Positions 44,394-64,000 of a stretch of 64,000 bases of DNA are shown in pieces. A program made the translations under genes and the position numbers. The notes beneath the pieces are model-generated. The model did not search any database and was not told the DNA's origin. It was given only the letters and a program-made list of their open reading frames with translations. The stretch lies in the NCBI GenBank assembly GCA_964199315.1, contig OZ116709.1, forward strand, positions 1,364,001-1,428,000, written 5' to 3'. Positions within the stretch are counted from its first letter, which is position 1. Every line of letters begins with the position of its first letter. The DNA is from Orbicella franksi. Its lineage: Eukaryota.

Positions 44394-44766
44394 CCTGGGG
44401 GTGGGGGTTTACTCTACAAAGGTTTATATGGGGAGGCTCTGCCCCAAGGTCCAACCTCTTACCCTTTTGCATACCATTTTGACAGAAAATGCACCCCTTT
44501 CATATACCTTTTATTGAAAGAAGGTACCCCTTAAGAACACTACATTGCTTTTTAAACCCTTGAAATGAAGTTAATGATGTTATGCTTAACAAATTAAATG
44601 ATACAGCCACAAGGTGGGTCTTTTCAAAATATTTTTATTAGGGTCCCTTTAAATACCTAAACTGACACATTCCTCTGCCCTTTTATACGCCTGAAGCCTG
44701 TGAGAGGTACCCCTTTTGGGCTGAGCGTCTCTGTACAGGCCATTATAGGGAGTTCCCCCCCCCAGG
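44394..44766. mobile_element. hAT-type MITE (G/C-run TIRs, 8-bp TSD)
   Basis: CCTGGGG...CCCCAGG ends, with TSD CTTATTTA at 44386-44393 and 44767-44774. Confidence 0.75.
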
Positions 44767-47700
44767 CTTATTTACTAGTTATTTATAATAAATTTTGTGA
44801 CTGTTTTATGAAATTTATTTAAAGGTAGTTTAAACTATATTTATTGTGAAAGGATCTCTTCTCTTTGAGATGGGAAAATATCATAAGTTGTCGTAGGAGT
44901 TACCTGTAATAATAATAATTTATCTTTGATTCCTATTAGCATCGAAATTATTGTTATTTTATAAATATTGTCACTGTCACACATACATATTAATTTATGA
45001 AGCATTGAGGTAACTGATGCTCAGTCACTAGGTGTTTTGTCATCCCTGCAACTGAAAATAAACAGTCTGTGACTTCTGCTATGTCCTGTATGTGGTACAA
45101 CAATAACTCAGTAATGTAGGTTTCAAATTCAATCACTTCCTTTTTACCAGTGTGTTTTAACTTTTTTTTTTTAATTGTTGAAAGATCTTTAAAAGCTGGA
45201 CAATGCATCAAAATATATGTTTTCTCTTTCATTTGTACCTTGTTAAATCCACGCATTATCAGTAGAAATCAGTCATCAGCATCTGTGACACATTTCCTAA
45301 CCACTGTGCTGATACAAGTCCCTGACCAGAATAATATTTCTACTTCAGTTGGGGTATAATAAAAACAACTGTAGCAATGGGAACAGTAACGTGTATTAGT
45401 ACTAACAACAGTGGCAGAACATAAACATATTCAAACCTCCAAAATGTCAAAGATATTTGCCTCAGAGTCCTTATCAGTTAAAGTCTCTGACAATTGCAAG
45501 CTCCTACCCGTCTCTCCTGGCATCTGTGGTGCACCCCAGGGTAGGGCATTTGCTGAAACAGGACAGCCTGGAGATCGGGGATTGTCAAAGGCAATCTTAT
45601 ATTTCAGTTTTTAAAATATGTACATCTTTCATTGTTTATTTTTAAATTTCCTGAATGCCTTCTATGCAAAACATCAAAACTGAGTGAATAAACTTTGGAG
45701 TCCTGCATGTTTCAAACCAGAGCATAAACAGCATAAACAAAATCTGAATGCTGGTTGTTGTATTATTTGCAACTCTTATCACTTTTGGGAGGTGCATTAC
45801 CTCCAAAAATCATGGTTAAGGATATTAACATCCATTTATCTGTGATCAATATTGCTTCCATCATCACAATTTCAGGAAAATTGAATTTTGACCTTGTCCC
45901 ATGGATTAAGCATTTGCAGTCTTCCCAAAGCTCCTCTGTGGGGATTTGAACCAACATTCTAGTTCCACCATGGGGCACTTGTAACATATTTTCAAAAAAA
46001 ATATAAATCCACAACAAATGCCAGGGGTGGAGGGGATGGAAGGGCTTACAGAGCTATAATAGCGAGATTGACTGCATTTGGGTAACTGTTGTCAAGAAGT
46101 GTTTGTCAGTCAGTGGTGTTGTGAGTCTGCTCTGTCAACACTCACTAGTCAGTTTAGTCATGATGGTTTAGAAGACTGATGTAAAGTTTGTCAACAGTCA
46201 TTGGTCAGTTCTAGTATGTTTTGTACCCTCTAATGTCAGTCAAATTCAGTTGCTCTGTTTGAGGTCCCTTGATTGGTTTAGTATATATGTTGTGAACAGG
46301 TCATTTGCAAGATGCCAGGAATGGTCAACATCGCATGACACTTCAGTTTATGATGACTTCAGCATCAGTCACCAACAACTGTTCTTTTCATAGTATTGCT
46401 AAACCTAAGCAAAACCAAATTACTTTCAACACTCAAGTGAAAATGCTCTATCGGCAAATTTCCTCTCAAAAAGTCTTAGTTGGCTCTGCAGTAATCAGCA
46501 AGGGGAACATAACAGCTTCACAGGTCACTAGACGGACACCAGCTGAGCAGTGAACAACAAGTGCAATGCAATCGATACAAATTTTCTTTCTTTATATGTA
46601 CAGACCAAAATTAACTAGCAATTAATCTTACATGATTTGTCACAGAATGAAAATGGACTCATTGAATTTAAATGTTATTGTTATTATGGTTATATTATTA
46701 TTGTTGCTCTCATCAAAGTGAAAAACTTATTGCATATACTACACAGGAATGAGCTGTTGATGAGAGGAAAGTCAAATCTCATAGAATATTCAGTGTAAGA
46801 CATCAACAGGGCAACTTAAAATATGACAGTGTAACCCAGATGTAAACAATGTTGAAGGTAACAAAGGAAAATTGTCTATGTCTTTTCACCCAACATAAGC
46901 AACATGAACAGACTTGTAGTGAACATATGAGTGTAAAATCAATCTTGTAACAAGGACTCTTCATTCTGCTTCTTTTTCAGGGAGTGGCATACAAAAAATG
47001 TTAGGTAAAGGATGTTAGTAACTTCCCAACTAGACGACGTTCTAAAAAAAGTACATGTGTCAAGGTTCAGTTAACTCTTTCACAATTTATATCGCAGCTG
47101 TATAGTACAATTTGCAACAAATAATATATTTCCATGGTAAGAAAGAAATTGCCAATGGAGATTTAATGCTGTGCATACTGAAATGAGAAGCCCTCAAGAT
47201 AATTACATCTGGGTTACACTGGCTAGTCAGTAAATTGCAAAATAGCATCACAAAAATGTAAGAACTACTTAGATTCAGATTTGAGTGTTAAAAACATTGG
47301 CCTGTGTTACAGCTACCCTTCCTGAACAAAAAATTGAAAGAAAAATTGAAAGAAAAATGTTGAACTCAGCTTTATCGGTTGTGCTGATAAGTATCTCCAC
47401 AGTTGGCTAATTTGTTACACTTTTGTAAGATTTTGATTTTTGAAGTTAAAGCCAGATAAATGGCATTTTATGGCCAAAAACTTTTTCCAAGAAGTTTCAA
47501 AGGTCTTTAACTGTCTCGCACAAAGGTCAAGTGCAGAGGGTAAGTGCAAGTTCCTTTGTTATCTGGGAGTATCACACTGTTGATGCATGGCTAATGTATG
47601 TAAGGAACACTAATAATCAAAAGGATCAAACAGACTCTCTCTCCATTATTGTTCTTTTACTGTTTCAGGGGCGCAGCTGTAACACAGGCTGTCTATACAC

Positions 47701-48851
47701 TGGTCAAATAATGCTTATGAAATGACTTCAAATTCCACACAACTATATCGTGTACAATAAAAAAGAAACTAATAACTAGATCCTTCCCCACCATGACCCC
47801 CAAATCTATCTTGTACTTTATTACAAAAGATAGTACAAATTCCCTTGTCATTATTTTACACTGATGATTTTGTTTCTTGCAGTGGATAACCTTCAGTTTA
47901 GTGTGGCTTCCTTCACGTATTCAAGAGGGGTGGACACTGACTAAGAATACAACATTCCATAACAGCGCGATATGAAAGTCATATCTGTTGATAATATTTG
48001 ACTTAGTCAGCAGGGCTTGTATTTCTGGACTGTTTTGACTACCATATTTGTCCTCAACAAGACACCCTCAAATAAGCAGCACTCATAACTACAAAAATTT
48101 TGACAAGTGCTACCCTTAAATAAGCCTCATACTAGTGAACAGCAACAAGGCACTCATTCAAAGAACATTAGATCTAAAGCAGTAATTTTTAAAAGAGGCT
48201 GTGCCCAGTATGCAGCTACTTGAATCTCACACTGTAAAAGGGGTGTTAACAATTCAACTTCTTTTTGGTGGTTGCTACCATTGTTTTTAGATACCAGAAA
48301 GGTACATTGTTAATATGCCTTTTTCAAAAAGCTTCTTAATGAGTCACAATTATTGTTGTGGCTTTTTTGCGAGTAGTATGGTAGTCTGTGTTGTTTTGCT
48401 TTTTCCCCCTCCTTGTAGCCAACATAACATGAAAAGCAAAGTGATCAAGGCTAGCCAGAAATACTGTCACTGCCTCCTACACAAAATCTCCTATTGCATC
48501 AGTTGCTTAAATGCATAAATGTTGAACACATTTCCTGCATCTAGGCTTTGCAACATCTTTAATGTGAATGACAAAATGTACATTTGTATGCAATATGATT
48601 GATAACAGAGGAAAGAAGAGATACAACAAAAGCAAGTACATGTATGTAATCAACAAATTAACATACTTGTATGCATAAAATATAGTAAAAAAATTTCAAA
48701 GAGAATTTATGTCATATTTTTTTCTGTAGAATATGACAACTGGAGTGTGTAATAATCTTCAGTTCTATCCAATCTACTCTACAAAATAACTAAATTGTAC
48801 GACAATGTATTATATTACAGTCCAAACCAAAGATGATATCAAACACAAATA

Positions 48852-54192
<5,341 letters not shown>

Positions 54193-54420
54193 ACCCTATA
54201 AAGTTTCTTTTACGTTTAATATAACTAATATAGCCAGAACTATTTTGTTAGAGAGTGGATGGCAGGTTCGATGGTTAAAGATTCTACTAACTAAACACTC
54301 TTCGATATAAGATGGCGCCCTGAAAGAGACTCCGCTGGCGGTTTCTCGAGCCTATGACGTCAAAGCCGGTGTTGATAAGGCATTGATTATGCAAGATAGA
54401 AAAATTCTGGGCTGGACTCA
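54193..54420. promoter_or_regulatory. PP1 proximal promoter
   Basis: CpG-rich. YY1-like AAGATGGCGCC at 54309-54319 and CRE palindrome TGACGTCA at 54355-54362. Confidence 0.5.
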
Positions 54421-54927
54421 GGGAATAATCCAGAATAAAGAACAGCGATTCCAAATCTTGAAAGCATACTGCTCTTGAAATGAGTAAAAACAGAGTTCCG
54501 TCATTTAGCCACCGTACCAGCACACTACAAAGTGAAATTGTAAGGAATAATAGGCACAATACGGTGACAAACATGACAAATCAACGTGTGTCGTAAAAAC
54601 GAGTTTCAAACCCGTTGACTTTTCGTATGCAACAGCGCTTCAGAAACTACCGCCAAGCAAAATTACAACAACAACAACAACAAAATTAAAGGTAAAATAA
54701 AATACTAGTACCCTATTAGAAACATGAAATTATAAATTCTCATACAAGCTTTCCAGACCAAGTTAGTAGAGAAAAAGTTCCTCACTGCCTATGTTTTCAT
54801 TCAGTAAATCGTGAATCAACAAAGTCTCCTTTATATTTTACAACGTACATTCGCTCGTCCAGTTGATAGCCTGAGTATCAGGACTTTCTTCTCCTCTTAC
54901 TTTCGAAAAGCCTGATACTCAAGCTAT

Positions 54928-54953
54928 CCGGGGGGGGTACTGCCATAAATGGA

Positions 54954-54995
<42 letters not shown>

Positions 54996-55008
54996 AGTTT
55001 ACTCTAGG

Positions 55009-55040
<32 letters not shown>

Positions 55041-55315
55041 AAATAGGGTATCATTTTTCACAAAACTGACTTGTTGGTTGAAGATTTCATCTAGACTAAG
55101 GAAACCAGGAATTGCCACTCGAAAATAAAAAAAAAAAATCAAATCGGCAAGTTCAAATTTACGCAAATCAGCCTCAACAGTGTCGATAGATGGGGGGATT
55201 TGGTGAGTTCACTCTAGTATATAAAATTCAGCTGAACTAGCTCTGGTATAGGCAAAGGGTTCCAGGGTCCCAGCGGCTCATCCCCACCCAGAAATTTCCA
55301 AAGTACCCCCCCGGG
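54928..55315. mobile_element. hAT-type MITE with an 8-bp TSD, inserted at the end of a small fold-back repeat
   Basis: CCGGGGGGGGTACT...AGTACCCCCCCGGG ends, with TSD CAAGCTAT at 54920-54927 and 55316-55323. Confidence 0.8.
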
Positions 55316-55419
55316 CAAGCTATCAGGTTGTTGAATGTCAAACTGATCAATGTTATGGCCCAGTTTTGCTTTGGAATCCAAGGCAAGACGATTAAGATTT
55401 CTTTTTTTAAGGGACTGTA

Positions 55420-55720
55420 CGCGGGGGGAGACCCCCGTACAAAAGGAACGGGGGTGCTCATCAGTACCTTTTAGAGTACCTCTTAAAGTTCAGTCTCAAA
55501 AAGGTCCACAGCCGGGACTTTTGCGGTACCTTTTAGGGTATTGAACCAAAAAAATATGACAGGAAATAATGAGTTCTTTTAGAATTGGTACCTCTTGGCC
55601 ATGGGGTGAAAAACATTTAAAACCACGCCCACAAAACAGAATCTTGGTAGCTCTAAGGGGTTCTTTTCAAAATTTCCGACGAGCACCCACGTCCTATTTA
55701 TATGGGATTCCCCCCCGGGG
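55420..55720. mobile_element. hAT-type MITE with an 8-bp TSD
   Basis: G-run and C-run termini, with TSD GGACTGTA at 55412-55419 and 55721-55728. Confidence 0.7.
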
Positions 55721-56339
55721 GGACTGTAGTTAGGTGTGTTGTGGTATCTCTTTCACGAAGTCGCGAAGGTCACGTTCGGTGGTCATGATAATAGCTTCTT
55801 GCGATCATTCAAAGCCGATTGCAACAAAGAAGCTCAAAAACTTGCGAAAACTGAAAGAAAAAATTGAAATGAAAAAATGAAAGGCAAATTTTGTCAAGAA
55901 TGAAATCAGGGCCTCCCAGGGCAACATGTCCCCTTGAAACCCTTGAACTGAAATATTTCACTTTTTCTCGTTTCTAGTGTTCTTAATATAAATCCCAATC
56001 ACCGTTCCCTAAATTTTTTTGTCAAAGTTCCCTTTGATAGTAGAGATATCCATTGTTCCATCAAGTTTATCCCAAAAATACCCTTTGTTCCCTTGAAATA
56101 AATGATTGTGTTCCTTTGTTCCCCCAAACTTCTGGGATCGCGGCAGACCCTCATTTTATTTCCGCCCTGTTTCTACAGAGCAAGACTGGACAGGAGGAGA
56201 ACAAACTTGATTAAAGGCTCGGCTGCCCAGCAAGCCTGAAAAGGGTTTTAACTTCGCTACCGAGCCTTTTCTGGAATTCACCATCCGGCACCACTCTTTT
56301 CAAGTCGTCGAAAAAGTTTATTTTACCCACGAAATTTAG

Positions 56340-59300
56340 ATGTCGACTGTTGGAGGACTAGCAAGACTGTTTATCGCACGTTCAGCACGAGTATTGTGTA
56401 ACAGACATGTAACTAATAACCAGTTAGTGTCTTGTAGATCTCGATCTGTATTTGCAGCCACCACACGTGGTGCCTCGCAAAATCTAAAGCAAACCATTTC
56501 TTGCGCTTGTTCAAAAGTATGTTCTTGTGAATTGCATAAATACACACAAGGTAGGTGCTAAAGTACTGCATTTTAGGAATAAATGTGGTGTTGTTGGGTT
56601 TCTTTTTTTAACAAAGGACACACACCAACCCTGTCTCAGACGAAAATTGCTTGTGAAATATGACCTTACTGACTATATGTAGCTGTATGGCTTATTAAGC
56701 TTAAATTATGCTTGTGGGAGCTATGATTGGTACAAAATAGCTTCCCAGTTGTCTTGATACTTGTACTCAGTAATGCTGGATCCATAATCTAGCTTGATGT
56801 TGACTTTAACTCAATGTTTAACTCAGCGTTTAAATAATTATGTGAGGAAGAAGTTCATTGGAAATTCTGAGGGATAGGAGATGTGGAGCTCAAAAGCAAA
56901 ACGTTTTAAAGGAAGATATCAAGCTGGTTGGAAGGCATAGTGGCACAGCACCCTTAATTTGTTTACTTAATTTGTTTTTCCTTAGCCCATGCACTCTACC
57001 CATGATGTACAGTGACATTGTGATACGATAATCCGTGCGGTAAAGATGGATAGAAACGATATGTACAGCATAAATTTCCTTAATAGAGGGTTTTTGGTAA
57101 TTTGTTCCCAAAATCATAAAGCTGTTATGATGTTGTCATGAAAATCTCTGTATGTTATCCATTTTGCAGCTGACAGCGAGATAATGAATTTTCTCAAGAA
57201 AGAAATAGATAATGAGAAAAAAGAAGCTTCTAAAGTCCCCCATCAAATTTGTTTCAGGTAAGCCATATTTTTGTTGTTGTTGTTGTTGTTTTGAGAGACA
57301 GTCAGTGAAAGAGAAGTAAGACTACTCACAAGGTGCTGCATAGAAACGAGTGAGACAATCTCAGATAGTGCAGAGCACAATTGATAGCTCTGGTACAGTA
57401 GTCCCATAAGTACTCACCCCTACTCGGTTCACTTCCGGTTTGTGTCTACCTTGGTAGTCTGCTACGGCTTTTCCCCTTTGCAGTGTGTATGTTTCAAGGT
57501 TGTATTTTCATTCAAGGTCCAAACATTACGCACAAATTAATTACTACTGGTGCTTTAAGTTGATTTTCGTTCATTTAAAATTCAACAATATGCTGAAGCA
57601 GCAAACGTGACAATTTAGCTCTTCACGCCAACTTTGTTACTTGATACTTTTGTTTTCCTTGCAAAGCCATGTAACATGAAACCCCTGTTTTCTCCAAAAC
57701 ATACAGAAGATGTCCTTGTTTTTTGGAGATAAATGAAAGAAAGTTAAATATCTGATGAAGTGATGAAGAAACAGAACAGAGACGATGTTTTACTAAAAAT
57801 ACAAATTTTTACCGATGAACAAGAACTAATTTAATTATCAGATAGTCACGAAATACCACTTTCTTTTTCTGTTGCCACCTTTGTTGTTAACAATAAAACA
57901 ATTCAAAATTAACACACAACAATATTGATGGCTGAGAAGCTTTTCAACAAAAAGTATTGAAGATAACCAGCGCTACTTGGCCGATATGAATGAGTCTCCT
58001 CAAAGACTGATTAAATTAATTTGCGCTTTCATTAGGTGCCACGGCATCTGCAGCAATATTTGAGCATTTTCCTGGTTTCTTTTGTTACAAATTCACAATT
58101 TGCGGAGTATTAACGCCACTAACTTGAGAACTTTTTGGTCTCTCTTACAGACACAATTAAGGCAAGAAATAAACAAGTCGCTAAGGAGAAGCAATATATT
58201 TGAACTCTGACAAGCACACTATTGTAGATTGAAAACAGCAGATGATATTTGTTGCACCGACCTGTTTGTAATTCTAAAAGCTACGCAGCCACAGTAACGT
58301 TTCACTTTTGCAATAAAAAGGGACAACTGGCGCTACCTGAAAAATAACTGCCGTCCTTGGTCACATGACACGATAAATAAAATACTGCGTGTAAAGATAG
58401 TGTATAACACTAACAATGCTAGAACGCATGTGTCTTACATGTTGAGCTCTACCATAAGGAAAACCACTCAACATTTGTGCGTGATTCCGTATGCAATGTA
58501 TCCTTCACCTAATATAGAAGCCACGAACCCTAACTAATCTACGCATGCGTTTAGGGCAAATTAGTTTTGTTCTAAGGAGAATGGTACCACAAGGAGAGCA
58601 AGGGGTTACCTGAAACAAATATATAGCTTTGCGATGTTCAAAGTTAAGCAACGACGATGGAATGTGTTTTACGTAGAGTACACATGTACCTTTCCCACCC
58701 TACTCCCATTACTTCCTTGCCTCTAGACTAATTAATTAATTGAAATTAATTAATTAAACAAACATTAAAGTTTACACCTTAGCGCCATAGCGCCATAGGG
58801 CCATAGTGCCATAGCGCCATAGCGCCTTAGTTCCTTAGCGGCAGGCAACCCCCATAACCATCCCAATAGTGCACTCTGCACTAAAAAGGACTTAGTGAAA
58901 TATTTAGGATCAGCATCAACTAATACAGGTTTGTAAAGTCACAGTGACATGATCTACATGGAAAGGTACCTTTCAATCTTAGAAAACCTCCCTCCAGTGA
59001 AAAATTGTTGACATCCAACTCCTGATTAAGAAGTAAATTACATAGAAATACATTATAAAAACCGTACCTAAAGATATTGTGCAAAATATTTCTTTATCAA
59101 ATAGTCCAATGTTGATGGGATGCTAGTTAAACTGGAGAGGGAATACAATGCTGAAAGGTTAGTGAGTCTTGTGTTTTTCAAGTTAACCTGCAAATTATCT
59201 TTAATGTGGTTAAATGCAATTTAAGCTAAGTTAAAAGTGAAACCATGCTGGTCAGCGGCCTCCCCTGTTGTGGACATGCGCAGTAGTTGGGGTTTGCAGG

Positions 59301-61449
59301 GGGTCGCATGGTTTTACAGCTCAGATTTTGAGGTCAGCTCATTCTCACATGCATTCTTGCCTTTTTGACTGTGCTTGGCGACTTCGCTCCCTGCCCTCCC
59401 TTCCTTTCTGGTAAGTATGAGGTAGGTATCATGGTTCCACTGTTTTTTGCAGTGTGACGGTGCCTGGTGGTTGCCGCTCACAGGGTTGTCAGGGTTACCC
59501 TATGTGCCCGGCTCTTGTGCTCGAGGCTCCACTATCTTTCCAGGCACCTTCCCCAAGCTCATCTATTGTTGATGAGTTTAATTTGTATTAAGAAAATATC
59601 CCAAAGAAGATAACTATGCTGATTGATTAACAATCCTGTTTCTATAACTCTAAAGAAATGTAAAAGTAGTACAAGCTGTTGATGTAATGATGATGCAAGC
59701 ACAGAGAATTTACATTTTGATGATCAAATTAAACAGGTTGTTTTCCTTTTATTGTCGCAGTATTTGCTAAAAGAAACAGAAAACATGTCCTCTGTGTTTC
59801 TATTGAGTCATAGAAACACTCATGAAAGTTTGGGAGAACTCAAAAAAGATGTGGAAACACTCACCTATCAGCTCGTGTTCTCACAGCATTTCTCGTTCTT
59901 CCAAACTTGCACTCTAGTTTCTATTTAACAATTAGATTATGAGCTGGAGATTTCTATTGTGTGATAGTTGATGAGGGTGCAGCCCAAGTCAGCTATCACA
60001 TATAGAAATCGAGAGGGAATAATCTAATTGTTTTAGTATAAATCTACTAGTCGTTCAAAACTTTATCTAAATCCTCTTCACAGACACTTCGAAAACACCA
60101 AGAAGTGGTTGCCATTTTGTTAACAAGGGCACACTGCTACGCTACTCTCTATCTATCACAGAATAAATGGTGAGTAGTGTAGTCAATCAGAGAATGGCAT
60201 TCGTGATAGACCGCTAGTAGATTTATACTAAAACTCGATAAAAACACGGTACATGTTTTCTATTTCTCAAAGGGCTGGGTGGAAGATAGGATTTCAATCC
60301 TATCCCCAGATTATAATAATGGTCTTGGACCTACTCTGGATAATCAGTTTTTACAAACATAGTAATAATCAGACAAACATACATGTAGACTACCAGCTAA
60401 GACACTTCTTGCAATGCTAATATGTTTCAGGATTGTAGTATCATTTGATCTAAATGAGAATACAAACCAAGATGAGAGTGCTCTTGATGAGGATGCAGAA
60501 GATGAACAGCAATATGCAGAAGATGATCATGAAATAATGGGAAAGGTGACAGTTAAATTTTCTGGAAGAGTCAAAAATCACCAACTAAAGCAGCAAAACA
60601 TAACTGTACAGTGGAACCCAGTTGATACAGACACTAAAGGGACATAACAAAGTGTCTGTATCATCTGGTTGTCCATATTAAGAACACTCTCAGGGAATAA
60701 ACATTACAAAGGCATGTTTTGTTTCATAAAAACTGAACAGTACCTTGAAAGTATATGAGCTTCAGACTAAAAATAATCCCCAAAGTGGACTGCAAATTAT
60801 CCTTTGCAAGGACGCACAAATGCCGAGAGTTAAAAGATCAGTGGTAATGAACCCATTAAGTTTTGAGATTTGAAGTGTATGCAAGCAATCCAATTCAGGG
60901 CTGTGAAGCCAATTTCAACTTTTGATTCAAGTTAATTGATAAGAATTAACTCTGTACGAATGACACCACCTGCCACTGTGACCTGTAAGCACATATCTTT
61001 TCAGTGTGCTTCACAGCATATCAGGCTCATTTGGTTGAGCCATGGTTTGTATTTTGGCAAGATGTAGCCAAGTCAAAATGCCCATGGCAAGACCAAATGA
61101 GCCTGGTATGCTACCAAAGGATACCAAAAAGTAAGATATTTATCATTCCCAAATTCTGGAGATACTTTTCTAGTTACAGTGATCTGTCTGGCATTTGGGT
61201 TTAGTTTTGGTAGGAAAGTTCTGACGCCTTTCAACCTGCTCAGTATTAAACTGCGAACTTAATAGTGGAGCTCTGGCGGCCTGAGGGACCACCACGTGGA
61301 GCAGTATAACTCGTATGAACCGATGAATTGCTTTTCTCATGCCGATGATGAAGTTGCACAACATGGCAACCATACTCCAGTTAATAGGTTGACTGAGACA
61401 TGCAGCCTTATTTACCGTGCCCACCATAAATCTTTGACATTGGACATTC

Positions 61450-61484
<35 letters not shown>

Positions 61485-63571
61485 ATCCCCTGACCAGTTT
61501 CATGTAACCATATTGTGGGCTCAAGGTTAGAGCTCATTGAGGTCACATTTTTCTTAAAGTTTACTGCTGCCCAGGTATTGGTTTTCAATTGGATCGCAGG
61601 CTCAAGCCAGGTTAACTTATTGTAATCAGATGCTCCGTTTTTAGGCTTGACTGTTTGTCTATATATTCTATTTTTAAAACCTTTTCTATTTGACTATCAG
61701 GTCAGTGTCTTGATATTGCAGGTTACCATACCCAAACTTGCAAGTAGCCAATCAGAAGCTGTCAGTATCTTCTGTCCTGAAATCCTGCCATATCGAGTCA
61801 CTGACCCGATATGGCTATGATTTCATGGTCACTTGGTGGTATTTGGGTACAGTAAATATACTTTTCTGGTATGCTTTGGCATAATATCGGGCTCACTTGG
61901 TCTCTCCATGAGTATAAGAACCATGACTCAACCAAACTTGCCTGATATGCTGCCAAAGCATTCCAAAAAGGTATCATAATTTAGCTATAAATATCAGGTC
62001 AGGAAACACAGCTTCTAATTGGCTGATTGCAAATTTGGGGATGCTATGGTAAAGATTTCATTATAACAGTATAGTTGTGATTTGGTTTATCAGATTGTGT
62101 CATATCCTTATTTCACTGTGGAAATAACAAAGCAACCTGTAAGTTGAGAGATAGTTATCTTCTGTTTTCTAAGTGTCAGTCATTTTCAGTGTCCCTCTTT
62201 TAGAAATGAATACATAGATGCATGATGCTGGATGTCATGTGATATTCCTTCTACTGAAATTAGGACTATTACTCCAAAAAACATATATTTTTTGTCAACA
62301 CTAATAAAAACCTTGCACTAAGTTTAGCCACTCATTGCAGTTTCAAACTCTAAAGCGCAGGTTTTCCTTAATATGAAATTCGTCTCGAAAGAAGCCCAAA
62401 CTTCGAACATCATTGCTACTATTTTGAACAGTACTCAGTAGCCAGGCCGCATTTCCATGACGTCATTCCATCTGAGAGATTTTGTCCAAATGGCTTCCAA
62501 AGAGCCTTTTTAACTACCACGCTGGGTTATGGCTGCTCTTGAACCATACTATTTTGAGCCAGACATGCTCCAAACTCTTTTTATTACGCGTTTTTATTGT
62601 AAATTTAAAAGGATGTTTTGAATTCTATTTTCTTAACTGAAGACCATTATTTTTTTAACAGCACCAATACTTCTGTAGTGTGACATTTGAACCATTACTG
62701 TATCAGTAAAGAGCCTTCTAAAACAAATACCAAAAAAGAAGTGCACTTATGTTCTGCTTCATCTGTTGTCTCAGTTTTTATTTTACTTCCTGTTTTAGGG
62801 GAAAACGTTAAAGTTCCACTGTGAGTTTAACAGTGAACTAGGTGAAGAATTCTCAGATCATGAAGGAAATGAGGAAATCATCAACATAATCAATGTATCA
62901 GTTTTGGATTCTTCTGACAAAGATAAAACTGTTTATTGTGCTGAAACAGAAAACTTGGATAGTGTAAGTATAGAAAGGTTGTTTTATGAGAGCTTTGATC
63001 TATAATATTGGCCATTGCAATTAGGAGATAAATTTACAACCCAACCAAGTAATATAAGTGCTCTTTATGGATGTGCCGTCTGACTCCACATCTATTGGAA
63101 CATGATTATTATTCATCCCTGGCAGAGATCTCATATTTTTTTTACAGTCTCATTTCTGAAAACAGCCAGTTTGATTTTTTGTTTGAGTCACTATTCTATT
63201 AGAACATAATACCTAATATTAGCTAATAAAAGCTAATATTAGTGCTGTGTAAAAGTCAGTTTCACTTGTGAACTTGGGTGAATTTGTTTCATGTGTTCAT
63301 TTTTAATAATTTGTTAAAAGGTTGATAGAAATTGACAGTGGATTTGACAAAATTAATATTTAGCACATCACTGTAAGTTATAGTTAATTGTAAAACTCTC
63401 TGGTTTTTCCTTGTTCAACAGAACTTATACATGATGTTGTTGAACATGTTAGCTGAAAGGGGAATTGATAAGAGCTTTTGCCAATGGCTTCTTGACTACA
63501 GCACAGCCCTGGAACAGCAACACTATGTCAAATTTCTGGAAGAGTTGCAAGGATTTGTCAAGCTACAGTAA
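56340..63571 (+). CDS. C1QBP: Complement C1q-binding protein / p32 / Mam33-family mitochondrial acidic protein; 1-nt frameshift in exon 2 as sequenced
   Basis: Exons 56340-56550, 57170-57257, 59105-59157, 60431-60545, 62094-62138, 62799-62963, 63422-63571. Arg/Ser-rich, acid-poor presequence; ADSEIMNFLKKEI, IVVSFDLN, PYFTVEITK, NLYMMLLNMLAERGID...STALEQQHYVKFLEELQGFV. Confidence 0.9.
58781..58840. repeat. Degenerate 8-bp tandem repeat (AGCGCCAT)n
   Basis: agcgccatagcgccatagggccatagtgccatagcgccatagcgccttag, read directly from the sequence. Confidence 0.85.
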
Positions 63572-64000
63572 AAAATATGCAACTATAAACAGTTTTATTA
63601 TGAAAAAGCAAGACTGCTTCCACGCAGTGTTAGTATGAGGTTTTGAGATATTGTTTAACTGTGGTAAAGGCTTGCCATCACATTAGTGGGGCCCTTAGAG
63701 AACAATGACATAACAAGAACAGAACATTTTAAACATCATATTACTGACTTCAACCCAACAGCATTTCAACTTGTGCAAGTGGGAATACTTATTATAATAT
63801 TCTTACTGTTTTCAAATTCATGCTTTCATTTGTTCATTTGAGCAAGAACGCATTCAGTGTACTGGATTGCACCATTTTACATAACTACTGTTAGTATTGA
63901 TGTACAAAGGACAAGTTTCACAGACTTTGACAAGAACATAAAATAATACTAGCTGTCAGTATACAGACTTAATCTTGAAAATGATTTGATAGTTGTGTTG

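Noticed and set aside
59415-59430. U1 snRNA 5'-like ATACTTACC on the minus strand
   Set aside because: Only 9 nt match; it is the reverse complement of a donor-like GGTAAGTAT and the rest of U1 is absent.

Overview
Eukaryotic, AT-rich, intron-containing DNA. Gene content and repeat families fit a cnidarian, most likely a stony coral (inference). The ORF track is mostly uninformative, so genes were assembled by hand from GT-AG sites and reading frames. Left to right: the 3' end of an OAS-like nucleotidyltransferase (+); an unidentified 909-aa coiled-coil gene (+); SRSF1/9 (-); two tandem dynein light chain LC8 genes (+); COQ5 (-); an ankyrin-repeat gene (+); a PP1 catalytic subunit (-); and C1QBP/p32 (+). 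MITEs, a Harbinger derivative, a Penelope-like remnant and a tRNA-derived element lie between and within them. Top observations: (1) the order and orientation SRSF<- DYNLL-> COQ5<- match the human SRSF9-DYNLL1-COQ5 block; (2) a TSD-flanked, near-perfect 256-bp fold-back palindrome of a tRNA-derived element sits in a PP1 intron; (3) SRSF1 has candidate NMD-triggering 3'UTR introns, and two known SRSF1 regulators (PP1, p32) are encoded nearby; (4) COQ5 and C1QBP each carry a 1-nt homopolymer frameshift, probably a consensus error.
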